The translations under genes and the position numbers were made by a program. A model generated the notes under the pieces. The model had not been told where the DNA came from. It saw nothing but the letters and a program-made list of their open reading frames with translations, and searched no databases. From Macrostomum hystrix (taxonomy: Eukaryota > Animalia > Platyhelminthes), in assembly GCA_950097015.1 (NCBI GenBank), contig CATNEN010000001.1, positions 4,774,001 through 4,838,000 on the forward strand: a DNA stretch of 64,000 nt, written 5' to 3'. Shown piece by piece: positions 49,301-61,162 of the stretch (position 1 is its first letter; the number at the start of each line of letters is the position of its first letter).

Positions 49301-51454
49301 GCCAGCCAATCAGCAAAGGGCCCGGAATCACGAAAAAGGGGAGGGCTTAGCCAGAGGCCAGACAGGCTTAACGAGAAATGAAAAAAGGAAGCATTAAGAT
49401 GGATAACACGAGAACAATTTCAGGTTGGCTATGAAACACGAGCAGAAAGAGCCACAAAATTGCTCAATATTAAACCCGATGATTCATCACCAAACACGAC
49501 TAAACCAGGTGATCAGCGGGATGCCCCTATTGCGCCAGCTCGACCTTCGCCGCGTCTCCGACGAAGAGCGTCGCTTAGTGGCCGCCCTGGTCCGCAAGGA
49601 AAACGCCGCAGCCGCAGCTGCAGCTGGTGGCGCCTCCGCCGGGCGTCAGTCACGGACTGGCAGCGCTCGTCGAGTGCCTTCAGCCAGCGGCGGCCTGGCT
49701 TCGGGTCGGTCCAACTCGTCGCAGTCCCAAACGCAGTCGACGAATTTGTTGATCGCGTCGGCCGCATCGTCCAGGCCGTCAAGCGCCGCTTCAACCGGAC
49801 GACCGGCCGTTTCTAATGAGGTCTCTGTCGATGACGTCACAGTTCAGAAGCAGCAGCAGCAGCAGGCTCCACCTGCTGCCTCTTCAACTGCGAAGCCCCG
49901 ACAGATCCTGGGCGAGCGCGCCGCGGTGCCCACTGACGTCAGCAACTACGCCGATCTGGACGGCGACACGCTGAATCTCTATGGCAACGGTAGCCTGGAT
50001 TCGCTGTTCGATCCGCAGCACTCGGCCGTCAAATCCTGGGGATTGTCGGCTCCGGCGGCGGTCGCTTCAGCGAATCTGCGCTACGTTGAGCTGGACTTGG
50101 CTGCGAAGCATTTTCACCGGCTCCGGGCTCGGTGTCCAGGTGGGCGCCCTGACCTATTTAAAACCTTTGCACCTTTGCACTCTAAACTACTTTATTCCCA
50201 CTGTCCATAAACTATTCCCACTGTCCATAAACTATTCCCACTGTCCATAAACTATTCCCACTGTCCATAAATTATTCCCACTGTCCATAAACTATTCCCA
50301 CTGTCCATAAACTATTCCCACTGTCCATAAATTATTCCCACTGTCCATAAATTATTCCCACTGTCCATAAATTATTCCCACTGTCCATAAATTATTCCCA
50401 CTGTCCATAAATTATTCCCCACATTTATTTAAATTATCCCGAAATTCCTTTGGTCATAACTGTCTATAAGTTATGACCCCTCTATCCCCTCCACAGACTA
50501 TAAGTTATCCCCTCAATTATCCATAAACTATCCCCAATCTCGCCTATCCCCTATTCCCATTGAGGATGACTAGCTGTCTATAATTGACTTAAATTACGAT
50601 AAATAAAAGAAATAAACAAACGCAAATAACTCTACTCGTTGTAAGTAGTATAACTCAGACCAACTGGCCCCGTCACAATACATTTTAGCCCTGCTCTCCC
50701 TGACACTGGAAGCTGCCGACATTCGCCACTTTCACCAGCTGGCTTCCCTGGTCTCGCTGCGCCGTCTGGAGCGTCTGACCCTGGCCGACGGTCCGGATAA
50801 CCCGGTGACCAGGTTCGCCCTCTGGCGCCAGTTCGCCACGTACCGACTGCGCCAGCCGCTGCAGCTGAAATGCCTCAACGGCCAGGAGCTGGGGCCGGAG
50901 GAGGCCGCAGCCGGCGAGCGGGCCTTTCAAAGACTCGGCCTGCTTTCTAAGAAACAGGCCTGCTGCGCCGCCCTTCTGGCCAAGCAGGACGAGGCGCGGA
51001 AAGCTTCCGCGTCGGGCGCCGGCGGTGGAAAGGGCGGCTCGGCGTCGTCAATAGCGATGGCTGCCGGCGTTGCGGTGGAACTCGCCGGAGTTGGCATGAC
51101 AGGTGGGCGAGGATCCCATTTTGGGATTGGTATTCAAAGCACACCTGTTTCTTTCGATGCCCAATTTGGGATCTGCAATCAAAACGCACCTTTAACTTTT
51201 TCTAATGCCCAGGTGCAACACCCGAAGCTGCTCGTCGAATCGAATCCAAGCGCCAGACAGCAGCCGCCCTGGTGTCCGAGTGCCTGGCTGACAGCCTCCA
51301 GCTCGAGCGTCGACGCGCAGCCGTTGGCGACGCCTGGAAGGCCGCCGTGCTGGAGCTGCTGCTGTCTTGCTCGCGCGAGGTGGAGGACCGACAGGGCTGC
51401 ATGAGGCGCCAGATGAACAGCTTCCGGCTGAGCCAGAGGCAGGGACTGATGTGA
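46314..51454 (+). CDS. LRRC49: Leucine-rich repeat protein 49 (tubulin polyglutamylase complex subunit); exons 46314-46813, 47211-47553, 48768-48998, 49509-50139, 50689-51102, 51213-51454
   Basis: YRSAEERAANPDRLSLDRRGLTSCPLLEGEENLRLLNYQHN, LIFLDLYDNQI, SLRVLMLGKNRI, KLDVLDLHGNDI, LTELNLRRNQI, LQRLFLSFN, LNLYGNGSLD and NPVTRFALWRQFATYRL match LRRC49. Junctions are in frame. Confidence 0.88.
47562..48709. repeat. 30-31-bp minisatellite filling LRRC49 intron 2 (GATGTCAGTTGGAATGTACTGATGGATCATT)
   Basis: Starts 8 nt after the donor and ends ~60 nt before the acceptor. Confidence 0.95.
50190..50420. repeat. 20-bp minisatellite in LRRC49 intron 4 (ACTATTCCCACTGTCCATAA)
   Basis: About eleven tandem copies. 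Confidence 0.95.
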
Positions 51455-51589
51455 CAGCCGTGTCTGGCATCCTGCAGCTCGCCAGCTCTGCTGCTTTTGA
51501 GTGTGACTTCTAGTTAGCCAGGACAACCTTTGTTCTTAGTTAGCTCAGTCCGCTGAACATTGTGTTACCAGTTTAAAAAATTATTGGGT

Positions 51590-53085
51590 TTTTGATGATG
51601 CCACAGCCACTACCATCAGAGCGTCTTTGATGATGCCACAGCCACTACCATCAGAGCGTCTTTGATGATGCCACAGCCACTACCATCAGAGCGTCTTTGA
51701 TGATGCCACAGCCACTACCATCAGAGCGTCTTTGATGATGCCACAGCCACTACAATCAGAGCGTCTTTGATGATGCCACAGCCACTACCATCAGAGCGTC
51801 TTTGATGATGCCACAGCCACTACCATCAGAGCGTCTTTGATGATGCCACAGCCACTACCATCAGAGCGTCTTTGATGATGCCACAGCCACTACAATCAGA
51901 GCGTCTTTGATGATGCCACAGCCACTACCATCAGAGCGTCTTTGATGATGCCACAGCCACTACCATCAGAGCGTCTTTGATGATGCCACAGCCACTACCA
52001 TCAGAGCGTCTTTGATGATGCCACAGCCACTACCATCAGAGCGTCTTTGATGATGCCACAGCCACTACCATCAGAGCGTCTTTGATGATGCCACAGCCAC
52101 TACCATCAGAGCGTCTTTGATGATGCCACAGCCACTACCATCAGAGCGTCTTTGATGATGCCACAGCCACTACCATCAGAGCGTCTTTGATGATGCCACA
52201 GCCTCTAGAATCAAAGGGTCTTTGATGATGCCACAGCCTCTAGAATCAAAAGGGTCATTGATGATGCCACAGCCTCTAGAATCAAAGGGTCTTTGATGAT
52301 GCCACAGCCTCTAGAATCAAAAGGGTCTTTGATGATGCCACAGCCTCTAGAATCAAAGGGTCTTTGATGATGCCACAGCCTCTAGAATCAAAGGGTCTTT
52401 GATGATGCCACAGCCTCTAGAATCAAAGGGTCTTTGATGATGCCGCAGCCTCTAGAATCAAAGGGTCTTTGATGATGCCACAGCCTCTAGAATCAAAGGG
52501 TCTTTGATGATGCCGCAGCCTCTAGAATCAAAGGGTCTTTGATGATGCCACAGCCTCTAGAATCAAAGGGTCTTTGATGATGCCACAGCCTCTAGAATCA
52601 AAGGGTCTTTGATGATGCCGCTGCCTCTAGAATCAAAGGGTCTTTGATGATGCCACAGCCACTACCATCAGAGCGTCTTTGATGATGCCGCAGCCTCTAG
52701 AATCAAAGGGTCTTTGATGATGCCACAGCCTCTAGAATCAAAGGGTCTTTGATGATGCCACAGCCTCTAGAATCAAAGGGTCTTTGATGATGCCACAGCC
52801 TCTAGAATCAAAGGGTCTTTGATGATGCCACAGCCTCTAGAATCAAAGGGTCTTTGATGATGCAGCAGCCTCTAGAATCAAAGGGTCTTTGATGATGCCG
52901 CTGCCTCTAGAATCAAAGGGTCTTTGACGATGCCGCTGCCTCTAGAATCAAAGGGTCTTTGATGATGCCACAGCCTCTAGAATCAAAGGGTCTTTGATGA
53001 TGCCACAGCCTCTAGAATCAAAGGGTCTTTGATGATGCCACAGCCTCTAGAATCAAAGGGTCTTCGATGATGCCGCTGCCTCTAC
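51590..53085. repeat. 35-bp minisatellite in two variant blocks downstream of LRRC49
   Basis: Block A TTTGATGATGCCACAGCCACTACCATCAGAGCGTC runs to ~52200; block B TTTGATGATGCCACAGCCTCTAGAATCAAAGGGTC follows. Confidence 0.95.
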
Positions 53086-53980
53086 AACCAACAGAAAAAA
53101 AATCTTTCTAAGAAATCTTTTTACGAGAAGATATCTCGTACGCTGCTTTATTGTCCTCTAGGTTTCCTTATTTAAGCATATTTTCTAGATGTTTCACTGA
53201 TAAAAACCCTTGTAAGCAAAATTTAGATCTGAAATTTTAATTTACGTGAAACTTTCAACTTTAATTTTGAAAAAAAAGACGAAACCGTCAATTGCCTTAA
53301 ATTCTAAACATGTCTTCCGTAATATTTTAATGATTTATAGCTTTAGAAATAGGAGTGCTCAGAAAGTATATTCTACTTCAATTACTGGCCTTTGTTTCTC
53401 CGGGTTTTCGTCAAAGTTTTTTGTTTTACTGCAACGCAGCACTTAATTCTGTTATTTTTTAACTTCCATTCGCTCACGTGATTTGTGATTTACTACTTCA
53501 AAAGCAATTGTTGATCTAGTTTCTTTTCTTCACATTCTGCTCTTGTAAAAAATTGTACTTAATCGAAGTTCGATGTTGTTAATGACAAATATTTGTTTTA
53601 TTGCTTTTTATCTGTAAGATACTTTTCACCAATTGTTCTTATTTAAAGATAAGCAATAAAACAAATATAGCAGTTCTGGTTGTCTCAAAGTTACACAAAT
53701 TGTCACTCTACAATGAAAAATGGCAAAATCCCAAACAATGCTATTTATTTCTACATTGATTGATTTTACTTATCGCAAGAAAATTTAACAACTTACCTGG
53801 CTACCTACTTAGTAGATAGTGTCGCATTTTTCTTAGACTCGGCTGTCGGCATATTGTGGGTAGAACTTTGCCCTTCGAACTTGAGAGGTCCAATGGAAAG
53901 CTCTTTGTTTCCTTTCGGAAGACACTAAACTTATCCTCACTCAACTTGACAACTTATTCTTAACCACTCTATGTCGTCAA

Positions 53981-54256
53981 GGGTCGGGGGTTCGATTCCC
54001 TGCTCCACTGGAACAATTTCAGTCCTTTAGCAAGACACTTAAAACTCTGCATTGCTTCAGTTCACCCAGCTGTTAAATGGGTAAAAGCATTAGCTGGGGG
54101 TAATTGAGGGTGGGTGTGGCGTCCCCACCCAGTCCATGGACTGTACAGCCGTACGCAGCCTTCAGATGCGCCGCGCATTAGCTGCGGCTGTGCTGTCGGC
54201 TGCACATCTGGCCCAATTGGGGCAGGTGTAATTAACTGGTCTCAATAAAAAATAAT
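53981..54256 (+). mobile_element. tRNA-derived CORE-like SINE, second copy (5' part missing, A-rich 3' end)
   Basis: GGTTCGATTCC B-box; homologous to 34084-34320 in the opposite orientation; ends CTCAATAAAAAATAAT. Confidence 0.75.
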
Positions 54257-54667
54257 CATTACTATTTTTTTCGACAGAATAATTTGAGAAAAAACCTGGT
54301 TAAATAAATTTAGCTCCGTATCACAGTTGTTTCCTTACTGCAAAACAATCCACGAATATCTTTAAAAGCGGAAAAAATGCTATGCTAAATTGGCTTCACT
54401 CAGTAACACAGCTGTTTCGCATAAAAAATGCAATACAACTAATAGAGAACCTCTACAACTTGTGCCTCTTTTTCCGGCCTCACTTTTCTTCACACAAATG
54501 CTGACAGGTGAATTTTTAGTTTATTACCAAGCTCTCAGTAATAAATTGTCTCACGTTTTTTCCAATTTTGTCAGCTTGTTGGTCTGAATTCAATTCAGAA
54601 ATTGACTGTTTCATTCTGCTGAATTCTGAGATTCAAAAACTGACCTGAATAACAGATTATTATTAAA

Positions 54668-55135
54668 ATGACATGGATTGACCTACCTGAATGACATAGA
54701 TTGACCTACCTGAATGACATGGATTGACCTACCTGAATGACATGGATTGAACTACCTGAACCTAACCGACCTATCAAACGTTTCTTCTGAGTCGATATCT
54801 GCCCACTATAGTTTGACAGTGAGTCATTTATGAATGACATGGACTGACCTACCTGAATGACATGGATTGACCTACCTGAATGACATGGACTGACCTACCT
54901 GAATGACATGGATTGACCTACCTGAATGACATGGATTGACCTACCTGAATGACATGGATTGACCTACCTGAATGACATGGATTGAACTACCTGAATGACA
55001 TGGACTGACCTACCTGAATGACATGGATTGACCTACCTGAATGACATGGATTGAACTACCTGAACCTAACCGACCTATCAAACGTTTCTTCTGAGTCGAT
55101 ATCTGCCCACTATAGTTTGACAGTGAGTCATTTGT
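54668..55135. repeat. 23-bp minisatellite (ATGACATGGATTGACCTACCTGA) with a duplicated ~70-bp unique spacer
   Basis: Arrays at 54668-54760 and 54832-55063; spacer 54760-54829 recurs at 55064-55133. Confidence 0.9.
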
Positions 55136-55418
55136 GAGTCAACTATCGATTGATTATCTAAGTGAAGTTTTAGCCAGCAATATTCTGATTGATATATTAT
55201 GGGTTTCAACAGACAAAGCTATATGCACTTTAGAGCTCAAAGTTCTTAATTAATTAGTCTGTGATTTTGATGCCTCTGGTTAAGCAAGAAGTAATGACTA
55301 TTTGCATTAGCAACAATAGCTAGCTTACTAATCAATTACTGGCAGGTGGTGTATGGCTCATTGTTTCCTGTCTGACACTATTTGCATTGTTTAGTAAAGA
55401 AATTATTTCCTGTTTTCG

Positions 55419-56240
55419 TGTAATTCACTGTGTTATTCCCTGTGTAATTCACTGTGTAATTCACTGTGTAATTTACTGTGTAATTCACTGCGTAATTCAC
55501 TGTGTAATTCACTGTGTAATTCACTGTGTAATTCACTGTGTAATTCACTGTGTAATTAACTGTGTAACTCACTGTGTAATTCACTGTGTAATTCACTGTG
55601 TAATTCACTGTGTAATTCACTGTGTAATTCACTGTGTAATTCACTGTGTAATTCCCTGTGTAATTCACTGTGTAATTCACTGTGTAATTCACTGTGTAAT
55701 TCACTGTGTAATTCACTGTGTAATTCACTGTGTAATTCACTGTGTAATTCACTGTGTAATTCACTGTGTAATTCACTGTGTAATTCACTGTGTAATTCAC
55801 TGTGTAATTCACTGTGTAATTCACTGTGTAATTCACTGTGTAATTCACTGTGTAATTCACTGTGTAATTCACTGTGTAATTCACTGTGTAATTCACTGTG
55901 TAATTCACTGTGTAATTCACTGTGTAATTCACTGTGTAATTCACTGTGTAATTCACTGTGTAATTCACTGTGTAATTCACTGTGTAATTCACTGTGTAAT
56001 TCACTGTGTAATTCACTGTGTAATTCACTGTGTAATTCACTGTGTAATTCACTGTGTAATTCCCTGTGTAATTCACTGTGTAATTCACTGTGTAATTCAC
56101 TGTGTAACTCACTGTGTAATTCACTGTGTAATTCACTGTGTAATTCACTGTGTAATTCACTGTGTAATTCACTGTGTAATTCACTGTGTAATTCACTGTG
56201 TAATTCACTGTGTAATTCACTGTGTAATTCACTGTGTAAT
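55419..56240. repeat. 12-bp minisatellite (GTAATTCACTGT)n
   Basis: Highly homogeneous tandem array. Confidence 0.97.
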
Positions 56241-56729
56241 AAAGATTCACCACAGTGAGGCCACTAGCTTTACTCTCATGCAGTTCCAAGACCAACGTGT
56301 CTTGAAATTTGCCTAAAGAATTAACACTCTACCATATAACTGTACACGCAATTATTCCGTGACTATGGGAACAAAATACTTCAGGGCCTACCTAAAACCA
56401 CACGGCGATCAGTTTCAACGCCAAAGTCTTTCGCGGTGACACAACACCATGTTATTGTGGGTTGACAATAAATATTTGCTATGTTCCATAGCGGAAAGGT
56501 GTTTCGCAATGTGTGTATGTGTTGTAGTTGTGTACCCAGTGTCAGCTTACTATGCATGTATTGAAAGTCTAGGTATAGCCAGACCTAACAGACTTGACTA
56601 ATTTTTTTTGTAAAATATATTTTAGAATTTCTGATTCCTTACAATAAACCATTTTGTGATGTCAAAGATTATACAACAAATGCAGCAGACAACAGATTAC
56701 AAGTAAATCATCAAAATTGTGGAAAATGT

Positions 56730-57772
56730 TGTCGATTATGGAAACCCGAGGTTCCGTAAACCCAAGGATTCCATAAACCCAAGGATTCCTTGGGTTTGCA
56801 CGGTTTATGGAATTCTTGGGTTTATGGAATCCTTGGGTTTATGGAATCCTTGGGTTTATGGAATCCTTGGGTTTATGGAATCCTTGGGTTTATGGAATCC
56901 TTGGGTTTATGGAATCCTTGGGTTTATGGAATCCTTGGGTTTATGGAATCCTTGGGTTTATGGAATCCTTGGGTTCATGGAATCCTTGGGTTTATGGAAT
57001 CCTTGGGTTTACGGAATCCTTGGGTTTACGGAATCCTTGGGTTTATGGAATCCTTGGGTTTATGGAATCCTTGGGTTTACGGAATCCTTGGGTTTATGGA
57101 ATCCTTGGGTTTATGGAATCCTTGGGTTTATGGAATCCTTGGGTTCATGTAATCCTTGGGTTTATGGAATCCTTCGGTTTATGGAATCCTTGGGTTTTTT
57201 GGAATCCTTGGGTTTATGGAATCTTTGGGTTTATGGAATCCTTGGGTTTATGGAATCCTTGAGTTTATGGAATCCTTGGGTTTATGGAATCCTTGAGTTT
57301 ATGGAATCCTTGAGTTTATGGAATCCTTGGGTTTATGGAATCCTTGGGTTTATGGAATCCTTGAGTTTATGGAATCCTTGGGTTTATGTAATCCTTGGGT
57401 TTATGGAATCCTTGGGTTTATGGAATCCTTGGGTTTATGGAATCCTTGGGTTTATGGAATCCTTGAGTTTATGGAATCCTTGAGTTTATGGAATCCTTGA
57501 GTTTATGGAATCCTTGAGTTTATGGAATCCTTGGGTTTATGGAATCCTTGAGTTTATGGAATCCTTGGGTTTATGGAATCCTTGAGTTTATGGAATCCTT
57601 GAGTTTATGGAATCCTTGGGTTTATGGAATCCTTGAGTTTATGGAATCCTTGGGTTTATGGAATCCTTGGGTTTATATGGAATCCTTGGGTTTACGGAAT
57701 CCTTGGGTTTACGGAATCCTTGGGTTTATGCAATCAACAGTTAATGAAATCGACAGTTTATGGAATCGACAT
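56730..57772. repeat. 17-bp minisatellite (TTTATGGAATCCTTGGG)n with a short inverted left arm; foldback/MITE-like
   Basis: Inverted units at ~56741-56785, a central palindrome AAACCCAAGGA-T-TCCTTGGGTTT, and TGTCGATT / AATCGACA at the two ends. Confidence 0.85.
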
Positions 57773-58409
57773 GTTATGAAATGTAGATTTAATCTATTGA
57801 TTCCAGGTTTTTACTTGCAACTCGGTGTTTTGAAAAAAAATTTTTGCTATCGACACTTTGTTACTAACGCATTTTTATGTTTTCCAAATTTTATGAAATA
57901 TATTTATTCTCAATGCACCATGCAACATTGATTATGCCTTTGTGTTTGTCTCAGTTTAACGCATTTTTAAAAATTCATAATTTATAAAAAGGACTTCACT
58001 GCCTATATCTATTTAATGATCAGTACGCAATTTGTGTTTCAATTTGTGCGCAAATTGTAAAAATGTCATTTTTAACGAATTCTGATTGGCGCGCATAATA
58101 AAACTACGCATCGTGCAGCTTTTACCTACTGCGAAGTTCAATGAATGATTTCAACAAAATAATGTCTCTTTGATACATTGTCAGTATCAACCAAAACGAG
58201 TCACTGCCTCGCTTTATGCATAAAATAACCTTTGTCGAACACCAATACATGGAAACAAAATACTTACTTAGTGGCAAAATTTTCAAATTTACTTTTTTAT
58301 AGCCGTTTGGTAAACAAATTCTTTGCACTCGATGCAAGGTGAAGTTAGCTGGCTATTGGCTACCGCTACCCACAATGTTCGGTGTCTGAGGCGAGATGGG
58401 AGAATTTAG

Positions 58410-61162
58410 CATCACTCTCCCATCTACTCACTCCCATCTCCTCACTCTCCCATCTACTCACTCTCTTATCTACTCACCCACCCATCTCCTCACTCTCCCA
58501 TTTACTCACTCTCCCATCTACTCACTCTCCCATCTACTCACTCTCCCATCTACTCACTCTCCCATCTACTCACTCTCCCATCTACTCACTCTCCCATCTA
58601 CTCACTCTCCCATCTACTCACTCTCCCATCTACTCACTCTCCCATCTACTCACTCTCCCATCTACTCACTCTCCCATCTACTCACTCTCCCATCTACTCA
58701 CTCTCCCATCTACTCACTCTCCCATCTACTCACTCTCCCATCTACTCACTCTCCCATCTACTCACTCTCCCACCTACTCACTCTCCCATCTCTCCCATCT
58801 ACTCACTCTCCCATCTACTCACTCCCATCTCCTCACTCTCCCATCTACTCACTCTCTTATCTACTCACCCACCCATCTCCTCACTCTCCCATTTACTCAC
58901 TCTCCCATCTACTCACTCTCCCATCTACTCACTCTCCCATCTACTCACTCTCCCATCTACTCACTCTCCCATCTACTCACTCTCCCATCTACTCACTCTC
59001 CCATCTACCCACTCTCCCATCTACTCACTCTCCCATCTACTCACTCTCTTATCTATTCACTCTCTTATCTACTCACTCTCCCATCTACTCACTCTCCCAT
59101 CTACTCACTCTCCCATCTACTCACTCGCCCATCTACTCACTCTCCCATCTACTCACCCACCCATCTCCTCACTCTCCCATCTACTCACTCTCTTATCTAC
59201 TCACTCTCCCATCTACTCACTCTCCCATCTACTCACTCTCCCATCTACTCACTCTCCCATCTACTCACTCTCCCATCTACTCACTCTCTTATCTATTCAC
59301 TCTCTTATCTACTCACTCTCCCATCTACTCACTCTCTTATCTATTCACTCTCTTATCTACTCACTCTCCCATCTACTCACTCTCCCATCTACTCACTCTC
59401 CCATCTACTCACCCACCCATCTCCTCACTCTCCCATCTACTCACTCTCTTATCTACTCACTCTCCCATCTACTCACTCTCCCATCTACTCACTCGCCCAT
59501 CTACTCACTCTCCCATCTACTCACTCTCCCATCTACTCACTCTCCCATCTACTCACTCTCCCATCTCTCCCATCTACTCACTCTCCCATCTACTCACTCC
59601 CATCTCCTCACTCTCCCATCTACTCACTCTCTTATCTACTCACTCTCCCATCTACTCACTCTCCCATCTACCCACTCTCCCATCTACTCACTCTCCCATC
59701 TACTCACTCTCTTATCTATTCACTCTCTTATCTACTCACTCTCCCATCTACTCACTCTCTTATCTATTCACTCTCTTATCTACTCACTCTCCCATCTACT
59801 CACTCTCCCATCTACTCACTCTCCCATCTACTCACTCGCCCATCTACTCACTCTCCCATCTACTCACCCACCCATCTCCTCACTCTCCCATCTACTCACT
59901 CTCTTATCTACTCACTCTCCCATCTACTCACTCTCCCATCTACTCACTCTCCCATCTACTCACTCTCCCATCTACTCACTCTCTTATCTATTCACTCTCT
60001 TATCTACTCACTCTCCCATCTACTCACTCTCTTATCTATTCACTCTCTTATCTACTCACTCTCCCATCTACTCACTCTCCCATCTACTCACTCTCCCATC
60101 TACTCACCCACCCATCTCCTCACTCTCCCATCTACTCACTCTCTTATCTACTCACTCTCCCATCTACTCACTCTCCCATCTACTCACTCGCCCATCTACT
60201 CACTCTCCCATCTACTCACTCTCCCATCTACTCACCCACCCATCTCCTCACTCTCCCATCTACTCACTCTCTTATCTACTCACCCACCCATCTCCTCACT
60301 CTCCCATTTACTCACTCTCCCATCTACTCACTCTCTTATCTATTCACTCTCTTATCTACTCACTCTCCCATCTACTCACTCTCTTATCTATTCACTCTCT
60401 TATCTACTCACCCACCCATCTACTCACTCTCCCATCTACTCACTCGCCCATCTACTCACTCACCCATCTACTCACTCTCCCATCTACTCACTCTCCCATC
60501 TACTCACTCTCCCATCTACTCACTCTCCCATCTACTCACTCGCCCATCTACTCACTCTCCCATCTACTCACTCGCCCATCTACTCACTCACCCATCTACT
60601 CACTCGCCCATCTACTCACTCTCCCATCTACTCACTCTCCCATCTACTCACTCACCCATCTACTCACTCGCCCATCTACTCACTCGCCCATCTACTCACT
60701 CTTCCATCTACTCACTCTCCCATCTACTCACTCTCCCATCTACTCACCCTCCCATCTACTCACTCTCCTATCTACTCACCCTCCCATCTACTCACTCGCC
60801 CATCTACTCACTCTTCCATCTACTCACTCTCCCATCTACTCACTCTCCCATCTACTCACCCTCCCATCTACTCACTCTCCTATCTACTCACTCTCCCATC
60901 TACTCACTCACCCATCTACTCACTCGCCCATCTACTCACTCACCCATCTACTCACTCTCCCATCTACTCACTCTCCCATCTACTCACTCACCCATCTACT
61001 CACTCTCCCATCTACTCACTCTCCCATCTACTCACTCACCCATCTACTCACTCGCCCATCTACTCACTCACCCATCTACTCACTCTCCCATCTACTCACT
61101 CTCCCATCTACTCACTCACCCATCTACTCACTCACCCATCTACTCACTCACCCATCTACTCA
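58410..61162. repeat. 16-bp minisatellite (CTCACTCTCCCATCTA)n, 2.75 kb
   Basis: Tandem array with recurring variant units. Confidence 0.97.

Noticed and set aside
51590-53085. CRISPR-like array or C/D-box snoRNA cluster (35-bp palindromic units with TGATGA)
   Set aside because: No unique spacers, no cas genes, eukaryotic context, and no D box (CTGA) in the unit on that strand.
55378-57931. (VNYT)n, (VIHC)n and (MESLGLWNPWVYGILGF)n ORFs
   Set aside because: Artefacts of the 12-bp and 17-bp tandem arrays.
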